Source of the DNA: an uncultured Geobacter sp.
GTDB lineage: Bacteria > Desulfobacterota > Desulfuromonadia > Geobacterales > Pseudopelobacteraceae
DNA length: 64,000 bases
Direction: 5' to 3'
Assembly (NCBI GenBank): GCA_964619855.1
Contig: CAZUGI010000002.1
Coordinates: 1,159 to 65,158, forward strand
In this document: piece by piece, positions 47,849-55,438 of the stretch
Position numbering within the stretch: position 1 is the stretch's first letter
How the letters are laid out: each line of letters begins with the position of its first letter
The notes under the pieces: model-generated
Told to the model about the DNA's origin: nothing
Databases searched by the model: none
The model's input: the letters and a program-made list of their open reading frames with translations, nothing else
Program-made: the position numbers and the translations under genes

Positions 47849-49141
47849 CTATCGAAGCAGACACTCGATGCCATCGACATCAAACACCGGAATATCGAAT
47901 TTTTCCTTCACAGCCCGTCTGTCGAACCAATAGTTATCGATGAAAATTGCTCCGTCCGGATTTATGAAGGCCCATTTTTCCTGATCATCCGCAATATGGA
48001 TGATCTCCTCGAATAAATTTTCGGAGATACCGCAGTCCCGCAATGTTTCTCTGACGCTTTTCCGGTGTTTGGTCAGCAGGATTACTCGAATGCCGCGGTT
48101 CCGGCATTGATAGAGGAAGGCCATCGCGTATTCATGGACCTGCATGCCGACAACCATGGTCTCATCGAAGTCGATATACACCCGGTGATATTGCAGAGAT
48201 GACCTGTACCGGTTGCGAAGGCATCGATCCATCTGGACGGCATATCGGTTCTGCAATATTTCGAGAGGTTTCCCTTGCGCATTGAGCAGACTCAGCAGCG
48301 CAAAGTTCACCCCGACGTGCCGGTATAACCCCATGGTACTCGATTGGCGTGGCGCGAATTCCAATAATTTGAATCTTCCGGCGCGATCCCGCTTTATCTG
48401 GAAAAACCAGGCCCCGTCCAGTGAAACAGTATCGTTAATGCGGTGAGCAATACGCCTGATTTCCTCGGTTGCTTCGACAGCGGTAGAGCGGAATGAAATC
48501 CCCATCTGAACTCGTTCGCGGGTTCTTGGCCCAACAAAGAGCAGCTTTCCATTAAAGTCTGTGAAGCAATCGACACTGAGCTCTTCGCCTGGAAGGAACT
48601 CCGTAATCAGCAGACCGGGATTCTTTTTCAGGTAGAACATCAGATCTTCCTGAGACTCCGCAATGTACGTTCCTTTACCCCCTTGCCCGTCATTTGGCTT
48701 CAGGAACAGCGGGAATGGCAAGTCATGATATGGGACAGGATACACCTGGAGACAAAAGTCAAATGGACGAAACCGGTCATAAGTCTGGTTTTTAAATCGC
48801 GCGATTCGATTAGTCTCGGAACACGAGGTTAGTACCTTGGCACCTATTTCAGATTGATGCGCTGAAAGAAAATGTGCGACGGTATCGTGTGTTGGATAAA
48901 TGAACTCGATATGCAGCGAGTTGAGCATGATATTAAAATTGTCCATGAACCGGGGATGATCCACGTAGAACTCACCCTCAACATAGTGATCTTCATCGAA
49001 CACGTATGATGCATGGTCGTTCTTGCCCGAAGCGCCAAATAATTCGACATGGTGGCTGTATTTCAGGGAATTGAATATCTCCAGCCCTATTTCCGAGCCG
49101 GCTGGGAAAATCAATGCCCGGTGCTTTGGATTCATGGCCAT
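47849..49141 (-). CDS. ATP-grasp ligase fused to a C-terminal HAD-like domain
   Basis: The ORF extends to 49213; the ATG at 49141 shares one nt with the upstream stop (TAATG). The ATP-grasp core has PLFLKPNDGQGGKG...ITEFLPGEELSVD. The C-terminal ~120 aa carry a DxDxT-like YIDFDET motif and a Rossmannoid LLTKH segment. Confidence 0.65.
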   Translation of the reverse strand: MAMNPKHRALIFPAGSEIGLEIFNSLKYSHHVELFGASGKNDHASYVFDEDHYVEGEFYVDHPRFMDNFNIMLNSLHIEFIYPTHDTVAHFLSAHQSEIGAKVLTSCSETNRIARFKNQTYDRFRPFDFCLQVYPVPYHDLPFPLFLKPNDGQGGKGTYIAESQEDLMFYLKKNPGLLITEFLPGEELSVDCFTDFNGKLLFVGPRTRERVQMGISFRSTAVEATEEIRRIAHRINDTVSLDGAWFFQIKRDRAGRFKLLEFAPRQSSTMGLYRHVGVNFALLSLLNAQGKPLEILQNRYAVQMDRCLRNRYRSSLQYHRVYIDFDETMVVGMQVHEYAMAFLYQCRNRGIRVILLTKHRKSVRETLRDCGISENLFEEIIHIADDQEKWAFINPDGAIFIDNYWFDRRAVKEKFDIPVFDVDGIECLLR

Positions 49142-49908
49142 TACCCGTCCAACTCCTTTAATTCCGCCAGAATACCGCAGGATAATTCGGGATAATCTAT
49201 TGCAGTCAGGCATAGCGCACGGATGATCCTGTCATCAAGATTCAGCGATATCATCTGGCTGGTGGATAACGGCTTCAGATAAATGCCCTCAATCCGTTTG
49301 ATCTCATAGCCTGCCTGCTGAACATTTCTTCGAAGCGACTCTACCGTGTAGTAGCGCTTATGCCCCAGGAGTAAATCATGTTCCGACAACAGCTGCATAT
49401 CCGGGAGCATTCCTGCCATAAAGCCGAGACGCCGATTCAAGACTTCGGCATTCGGTACGGCAACGAACATCCTGCCGCCCGGAGCCAAAAATTTCCGGAA
49501 ATGGCGCAGTACAAGCACCGGATCATCGACATGTTCAAGTATGTAGCCAAAGACAATCACGTCAAAACGCTCGGACGTTTCAAACGTTTCAAAATAGGAC
49601 TCAGCAATCTCGACTTTCGAGTCGGGAAAATGCTGTCGGAAATTTTTTATGACTGCCAGCGATGCATCCACCACGACATGGCGTTTAAAGTACTGTTCAA
49701 AAATATTTGTTGCTATGCCGTGTCCAAGCCCCAGTTCAAGCAGGGAAGATGCCCCTTCGGAAAACCGCAAGACCCGTTCCGGATACCACTTCAATTGAAT
49801 ATGATTGTCGTAATCGTAAATACTGAGACCTTCATAGGCCTGAACGTGGTTGTCGAGAGCATTTCTCATAAGTAGCCCGTTAATGAACAAATAGTTAATA
49901 AACCGCAT
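49141..49908 (-). CDS. class I SAM-dependent methyltransferase
   Basis: LLELGLGHG, FDVIVFGYILEHV, GGRMFVAVPNA. The start may be the ATG at 49869. Confidence 0.8.
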   Translation of the reverse strand: MRFINYLFINGLLMRNALDNHVQAYEGLSIYDYDNHIQLKWYPERVLRFSEGASSLLELGLGHGIATNIFEQYFKRHVVVDASLAVIKNFRQHFPDSKVEIAESYFETFETSERFDVIVFGYILEHVDDPVLVLRHFRKFLAPGGRMFVAVPNAEVLNRRLGFMAGMLPDMQLLSEHDLLLGHKRYYTVESLRRNVQQAGYEIKRIEGIYLKPLSTSQMISLNLDDRIIRALCLTAIDYPELSCGILAELKELDG

Positions 49909-49953
49909 CTATATTCGGTAAATCCCCGATAGAGCCAGGGATGGAGCGTTTGC

Positions 49954-50652
49954 TTAAATCAAATCATAACAGCCGGATAAACCGGCTAAGGTTTCTTCGG
50001 CAGAATTCAACATCAAAACATCAATGATCGACAGCCATGGCACAAATTCGTTGCCGAACTGCGGATATGTAAACAGTCTCGGTTTAATAAATTTCAATTC
50101 TACACCCCTCTCTCTGAATGCCTCTATTGAATAAAGAGCCATGCCGCCGATGGCATTCACATAGTAACTCGCGCCAAGAGCTTCACACAAAGCCAGCACC
50201 CTGTCCTGATTTTTTAGACAGTGGTCGACGTCAATTCCTGATGAGACTATGATCTCGGTGTCAACGAGAAGATGTTTGCAGATGGCAACAATTGAATTGT
50301 GCAGGAAGCCGAATAGATTATTGTCATCATATTTCACGATACGTTCGACCAGCGGGAAGATCTGCTCAAAATACTGGGCACGCCGGTATGCGCCCTTGAT
50401 CTGGTTCAATAGTTTGTCCCTGTTGAAATCCGCAGCCAGTTCCCGTTCGCGGATATCAAGCGAATCCGAATCATTTTTCAAAGGAAGTGAGAATATAGCC
50501 TCCTTGCCGTTCAACAAAATGCGGTTCCTGTTAATCCACCCCTTCTTTGTGTATTTAATGTTGTCATAAACCACAAATACATCAACGGACTTGATAAGTT
50601 GGAAGTAACCGATATAGGGGAAAAAATATGGTTGCATAATGCCGATTTTCAT
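49954..50652 (-). CDS. WbqC-family protein
   Basis: MKIGIMQPYFFPYIGYFQLI...KGWINRNRI is the characteristic WbqC N-terminus. 4-nt overlap with the DegT gene. Confidence 0.75.
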   Translation of the reverse strand: MKIGIMQPYFFPYIGYFQLIKSVDVFVVYDNIKYTKKGWINRNRILLNGKEAIFSLPLKNDSDSLDIRERELAADFNRDKLLNQIKGAYRRAQYFEQIFPLVERIVKYDDNNLFGFLHNSIVAICKHLLVDTEIIVSSGIDVDHCLKNQDRVLALCEALGASYYVNAIGGMALYSIEAFRERGVELKFIKPRLFTYPQFGNEFVPWLSIIDVLMLNSAEETLAGLSGCYDLI

Positions 50653-51758
50653 CGTTTTATATCTGCTATAACCGACACGATTCTTGTTATTGATTCATTT
50701 GTCAACCCGGGGTAAATCGGCAGGCAGAGAACCTGATTCGCCACTTTCGTCGCGGAGCGAAGGTTGGAAGCGGTCGCTGATGGCAATCCTCGATACATGG
50801 AAAACTCGCTTATCAAAGGGTAGAAATAGCATCGTGGATATATTCCGTGCCGACGAAGTTTCTCATTGAGCTCATCGCGGAGTAATGGATAGCCATTTTC
50901 GATCAATATTGGAAAGTACGAATAGTTGTATACCGTATCGTCGAGTAAGGGGTGGCATATGATTCCTGGCATTGAGTCAAGCTGATTCCGATATTGAGTG
51001 TCGATTTCCCGCCTTCGGCTAATTGCAGCATCAATATGCTTGAGCTGTAACAGACCAAAAGCGGCCTGCAGTTCATTCATCTTGCCATTGATCCCTGGTG
51101 CCACCACCGTCACTTCACCGGCATGACCAAAATTTTTCAGATCATCTATTCTTTTTTTTATTTTTGAATTTGGGCAAACGATTGCGCCACCCTCAAAGGT
51201 TGTGAACACTTTGGTCGCATGGAAGCTCAATATGGACAGGTCTCCATGCCTTAAGATGCTCTCGCCTTTATATTTGACGCCAAATGCATGCGCAGCATCA
51301 TAAATAACCTTCAGACCGTATTTGTCAGCAATATCCTGTATTTTTTCAACGTTGCACGGGTTCCCATACACATGCACAGGCATAATGGCGGTAGTTTGAG
51401 GAGTGATTGCAGCTTCAATTTTATCGTGGTCAAGATTGAATGTCTCCGGGTCGATATCCACAAACACCGGCTTTATTCCGTTCCAAAGCAGGGAATGGGC
51501 TGTTGCTACAAATGAAAACGGGGTGGTAATTACTTCTCCGGTGATCCGCAACGCCTGAAGCGCGGTAACTAGTGCAAGGGTGCCATTCGCAAACAGTGCG
51601 ATATGCTCTACACCAAGGTAATCAGCCAGTTTTTCCTCAAGTTCCTGGTGAAACGGTCCACCGTTGGTCAACTGCTTGCTCTCCCAGATTTTCTCAAGAT
51701 AGGGAACGAAATCTTCCAATGGAGGGAGGTACGGCTGGGTTACGTAGATGTTTTTCAT
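50649..51758 (-). CDS. DegT/DnrJ/EryC1/StrS-family PLP-dependent sugar aminotransferase
   Basis: NGT.AL..AL, ITTPFSFVAT, DAAHAFG, and the SFHATK PLP-lysine motif; 369 aa. Confidence 0.92.
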   Translation of the reverse strand: MKNIYVTQPYLPPLEDFVPYLEKIWESKQLTNGGPFHQELEEKLADYLGVEHIALFANGTLALVTALQALRITGEVITTPFSFVATAHSLLWNGIKPVFVDIDPETFNLDHDKIEAAITPQTTAIMPVHVYGNPCNVEKIQDIADKYGLKVIYDAAHAFGVKYKGESILRHGDLSILSFHATKVFTTFEGGAIVCPNSKIKKRIDDLKNFGHAGEVTVVAPGINGKMNELQAAFGLLQLKHIDAAISRRREIDTQYRNQLDSMPGIICHPLLDDTVYNYSYFPILIENGYPLLRDELNEKLRRHGIYPRCYFYPLISEFSMYRGLPSATASNLRSATKVANQVLCLPIYPGLTNESITRIVSVIADIKR

Positions 51759-51784
51759 ACTGGCTCCCGAAAATGGATACGGAT

Positions 51785-53080
51785 TTACGGTCTTACTCCT
51801 TCATCCAACGATTCTACTCGCCATTCAAACGTCGGCCGGACTATCCCTGCCCATTTCCCATACCAATTACCCGCTCTTTCAATATCGTGAACTTCAAATA
51901 CTAGTACATCCTCTTGGTTGAATAACGAAATCGACGTATCCTGAACAATCATTATTTTTACGCGATAAATACCATCATTCAGAAAATTGCCCGGAATATG
52001 ACAGGAGCCTTTAATGCTCTGTTCCGTTGTTTTAAAAACTCCGGAGGCCGTATTAAACACACACATCCCTTCAATATTATACAAATGCATACTAAAGTTT
52101 AATTGTACGTCAGGTACAAAGCTCCAGAATACAAATTCAAATTTTAGCGGAACGGTAACATCGATTTCCGATCTATTGTTTCGTGACTGTGGGATGAGAC
52201 GAACGCTTTGCAAACGCACTTTTTCGTTTCCAGGCGCACTGTTTACATCGCTCCAGACCTGCTCAAGATAAGTAACAGCTTCCTTCTGTAGATAATTTGA
52301 AACTACAAGACATGATTCCCCATCCTCTACCGACACTCCGGAATTAAGCCAGATTGCCCGGTTGCAAATACTTTTCAAGGCCGTCATGTTATGACTTACA
52401 AACAGAATCGTTCGGCCCTCACTTCCCGCATTCTCCATCTTCCCTAAACACTTCTTCTGAAACTGTGCATCCCCGACCGCCAGCACTTCATCGACTATCA
52501 GTATTTCCGGTTCCAGGTGCGCTGCTACAGCAAACGCCAAGCGCACATACATCCCTGAAGAATACCGTTTTACCGGTGTATCCAGAAACTTTTCTATCTC
52601 GGCAAAATCAACAATCTCATCGAACTTCCGCCGGATCTCTTCACGGTGCATCCCGAGAATAGCTCCGTTAAGAAAGATATTCTCCCGGCCGGTCAGTTCC
52701 GGGTGAAAACCGGTGCCTACTTCCAGCAGACTGGCCACCCGCCCCTTAATCCTGATACTTCCCGTCGTTGGTTCTGTGATACGGGAAAGAATCTTCAGCA
52801 GTGTTGACTTACCAGCACCGTTACGGCCGATAACACCGATTCGCTCCCCTTGTTTGACTTCAAAAGAGACATCTTTCAAAGCCCAGAAATCTTCTGAGGT
52901 AGGGGCAAGGGGCAAGGGGCAGGGGGCAAGGGAACGTCGCATGAAAGGTGCAGCAAGTTTTTTCCCAAAAGAAGAAAAGCTGTTGGCAAGCGCATCACGC
53001 AGCGAAGAGTGATCCTCGCGCTGCTGATGTGAAATGGTGTACTTCTTGCTCAGGTTTTCAACTGTGATTACTGTGGACAT
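51785..53080 (-). CDS. wzt: polysaccharide ABC exporter ATP-binding protein Wzt/TagH-type with a C-terminal (carbohydrate-binding-like) domain
   Basis: FWALKDVSFEVKQGERIGVIGRNGAGKSTLLK (Walker A), YSSGM (signature variant), ILIVDE (Walker B), then a ~170-aa beta-rich extension as in Wzt proteins that recognise capped O-polysaccharide ends. Confidence 0.9.
   Translation of the reverse strand: MSTVITVENLSKKYTISHQQREDHSSLRDALANSFSSFGKKLAAPFMRRSLAPCPLPLAPTSEDFWALKDVSFEVKQGERIGVIGRNGAGKSTLLKILSRITEPTTGSIRIKGRVASLLEVGTGFHPELTGRENIFLNGAILGMHREEIRRKFDEIVDFAEIEKFLDTPVKRYSSGMYVRLAFAVAAHLEPEILIVDEVLAVGDAQFQKKCLGKMENAGSEGRTILFVSHNMTALKSICNRAIWLNSGVSVEDGESCLVVSNYLQKEAVTYLEQVWSDVNSAPGNEKVRLQSVRLIPQSRNNRSEIDVTVPLKFEFVFWSFVPDVQLNFSMHLYNIEGMCVFNTASGVFKTTEQSIKGSCHIPGNFLNDGIYRVKIMIVQDTSISLFNQEDVLVFEVHDIERAGNWYGKWAGIVRPTFEWRVESLDEGVRP
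52901..52935 (+). repeat. heptanucleotide tandem repeat (AGGGGCA x3 perfect, plus GGGGGCA and AGGGAAC) = G-quadruplex consensus, inside wzt
   Basis: Read directly: a-GGGG-caa-GGGG-caa-GGGG-ca-GGGGG-caa-GGG. It encodes RSLAPCPLPLAPT on the minus strand, and the G-rich strand is the wzt template strand. Confidence 0.85.
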
Positions 53081-53445
53081 TAAGAGAGAGCTTCTTCTGT
53101 TTCGTTTTCCAGCAGAATGATTTTCTCAATTTGCACTTTCAGGCCTGGAAGTTTCTGTTGAACAATATCCCAAACAACTTCTTCGTTTACGCCGAAGTAT
53201 TCATGGGAAAGAACATTCCTGAAATCTTTCATCAATCGCCATGGCACATCAGAATACTCGTCTTTTTTTAGAGCGGATAGTCGGCTTGCAGCCTCTCCAA
53301 TAATCTCCAACTCCCTGATGGTTGCAGATTTTGTTTTTCTATCGCTGGAAAAATCATCTAAACTGTAACCCACAACAAATTCCAAAGCGTCATTTATTGA
53401 CTCCAGGATATCTTGAGGAAATTGAAGGTCCGTTCGCTCACACAT
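53080..53445 (-). CDS. hepT: HepT-type HEPN (DUF86) toxin
   Basis: 121 aa with the R-x4-H-x-Y motif (RNVLSHEY). Its stop shares one nt with the wzt ATG (TAATG), and it overlaps mntA by 8 nt. Confidence 0.85.
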   Translation of the reverse strand: MCERTDLQFPQDILESINDALEFVVGYSLDDFSSDRKTKSATIRELEIIGEAASRLSALKKDEYSDVPWRLMKDFRNVLSHEYFGVNEEVVWDIVQQKLPGLKVQIEKIILLENETEEALS

Positions 53446-53746
53446 AGACTATTTCTCTCATAATGTAAGGTTTAATGATTGGTTTGAAATTTGACTCTAT
53501 GCCCAGATCAATTCGCGCATCAAAAGAATCCTCAAGAAAATGAAGTGCACCGAAGTAACTGTCTGCAGTATTTTTGGAAAATTCAATAGCCACGTCAATA
53601 TCCGAATCCTCCCTGGCCGCCCCACGGACGTAGCTGCCAAACAGTCCGATCTTGGTAACACCAAAACGTTCATACATTTCCTGTTTGTGTTGCCTTAAGA
53701 AATCCAGAATTTGTTCTCGGGTCATATCAATAACCTCCATGTTCAA
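53438..53746 (-). CDS. mntA: MntA-type minimal nucleotidyltransferase antitoxin
   Basis: GLFGSYVRGAAREDSDIDVAIEF (GS-x10-DxD polymerase-beta-type NTase motif); 102 aa. Starts 1 nt after the wzm stop. Confidence 0.85.
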   Translation of the reverse strand: MNMEVIDMTREQILDFLRQHKQEMYERFGVTKIGLFGSYVRGAAREDSDIDVAIEFSKNTADSYFGALHFLEDSFDARIDLGIESNFKPIIKPYIMREIVYV

Positions 53747-53747
53747 A

Positions 53748-54587
53748 CTATATCACATCAGCCAATATCCGCTCGGTTTTCCGAAAGTACCACAGCCCTG
53801 TTACAAGCAGAGACACTGATAGCATCGCTGAGAGGAATATTCCCTGCCAAGACAGCTCTACAGACCCGTTTAACAAGGCCCACCTGAAACCATCTATAAC
53901 ACCCACCATCGGGTTAAGGGCATAGAGCAGACGCCACTTTTCAGGCACAATACTGCTGGTGAAGCCCACTGGAGAAACATATAAACCAAACTGCAGCAAA
54001 AACGGTACCACATAGCGGAAATCACGGTATTTAACATTCAAAGCCGCAAACCAGAGCCCAGCTCCAGCCACCGGTAAAAAGGCCAATAGCAGAAAAATGG
54101 GCAATGTAACTATCCGCCAGTCCGGCAGATAACCGTACCAGAGCATGATGCCCGCCATAATAACAAGTGAGATAACAAAATCTATCAAACTGACGATAAT
54201 GCTGCTGACAGGGATGATAATGCGGGGGAAATAGATTTTAGTCAGTAAGTTAGCATTTCCGATTAGAGAACCGGAACTTTCAGAAAGAGCATTCGCACAA
54301 AAATTCCAAGGCAACATGGCCGCAAAGACCAACAATGGGTATGGCACTCCTTCAGACGGCAGCTTGGCCAGAACCCCAAAAACCACTGTAAAAGCAATCA
54401 TGGTGACCAAGGGGCGGATGACGCCCCAGGCCACTCCAATTGTGGTCTGCTTGTAGCGAACCAGAATATCGCGCCACGTCAAGAACCAGAACAGCTCGCG
54501 ATATCTCCAGACATCACGCCAATAATGAAGCGCTAGACGATTCGGTTCGATTACGAGTTCTGACTGCACAGCATTTTCTTGTGTCAT
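53748..54587 (-). CDS. wzm: polysaccharide ABC exporter permease (ABC-2 type, Wzm/TagG)
   Basis: 279 aa with six hydrophobic helices. N-terminal YRELFWFLTWRDILVRYKQT.IGV.W and a C-terminal LNP motif are typical of Wzm. Confidence 0.88.
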   Translation of the reverse strand: MTQENAVQSELVIEPNRLALHYWRDVWRYRELFWFLTWRDILVRYKQTTIGVAWGVIRPLVTMIAFTVVFGVLAKLPSEGVPYPLLVFAAMLPWNFCANALSESSGSLIGNANLLTKIYFPRIIIPVSSIIVSLIDFVISLVIMAGIMLWYGYLPDWRIVTLPIFLLLAFLPVAGAGLWFAALNVKYRDFRYVVPFLLQFGLYVSPVGFTSSIVPEKWRLLYALNPMVGVIDGFRWALLNGSVELSWQGIFLSAMLSVSLLVTGLWYFRKTERILADVI

Positions 54588-54675
54588 ATTCTCTTTCTGA
54601 ATCTCTTTTAAGAGACGTAAGTGAGAAGCATCAACAATTACAGCTAATCATGGAGTGGCAAAACCTTGTCACATA

Positions 54676-55065
54676 CTACCAGATCATTTGTACTCCGTAT
54701 TGCGAGAACATCGTGTCAGCCGTTACAAGAGTTAATTTATCAGAAATAGCCTGGCCTATCAGCAGCCTGTCAAAGGGATCTCGATGATGAAACGGCAACG
54801 ACTCAACTTTTGCAGCGTGGCGAAGTTCAATATTCAACATGAGAAAACTATTTTCAGTAATCTGATCCAATATGAAGCGATCTAACGGCTTTGAGAGAGA
54901 AAGCTTGCCAAGACTGGACTTGATAGCCATTTCCCAGCAACTTGCAACACTCAGATAGCAATCATTTTCTGCATCGGAAATTGCCCGGCGTGCAGCTTGT
55001 GACAACTCCGGGGCATCATTAATCCACCACAAAAAAGTATGTGTATCCAATAAAAGACGTGGCAC
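54676..55065 (-). CDS. vapC: PIN-domain toxin VapC
   Basis: LLLDTHTFLWW (first acidic residue) and later D/E residues in PIN spacing, with DPFDRLL near the C-terminus. GTG start overlapping the vapB stop. Confidence 0.85.
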   Translation of the reverse strand: MPRLLLDTHTFLWWINDAPELSQAARRAISDAENDCYLSVASCWEMAIKSSLGKLSLSKPLDRFILDQITENSFLMLNIELRHAAKVESLPFHHRDPFDRLLIGQAISDKLTLVTADTMFSQYGVQMIW

Positions 55066-55292
55066 TAGACATAATCCTCAAAATCATCAGGAAGCTCATC
55101 GAAATCTGAAGCGACACTAAGAATCTGACCTTTCGCTGTGCCAGGTTTGCGAATTCTATTGTTTGGTGTGATCGGAACCAGCCTCAACAATGGCTTATTA
55201 CCTCTCGCTATAACAACATCTTCACCAAGCATGGCAATTTTTACCAACTCCGAAAAATGAGATTTCGCTTCGGCAATATTAAACTTCTGCAT
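55065..55292 (-). CDS. vapB: Phd/YefM-type antitoxin partnering VapC
   Basis: FNIAEAKSHFSELV...V.I.R.GKP is the Phd/YefM N-terminal fold. The ATG at 55292 has a GGAGG RBS 8 nt upstream (the track's 55307 start is a TTG). Acidic C-terminal tail. Confidence 0.75.
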   Translation of the reverse strand: MQKFNIAEAKSHFSELVKIAMLGEDVVIARGNKPLLRLVPITPNNRIRKPGTAKGQILSVASDFDELPDDFEDYV

Positions 55293-55438
55293 GCGAAAAA
55301 CCTCCAATCTTACATTCAGATAATATAGTCATATTACATGGTCATTTCTATTGCGTCAAGCAGGTCATATCTGTTCTTTATTGCAAAACATCTTGCTGGT
55401 CCGGAATGCATTATCCATAGTAACGACGTGTTTCTGAT

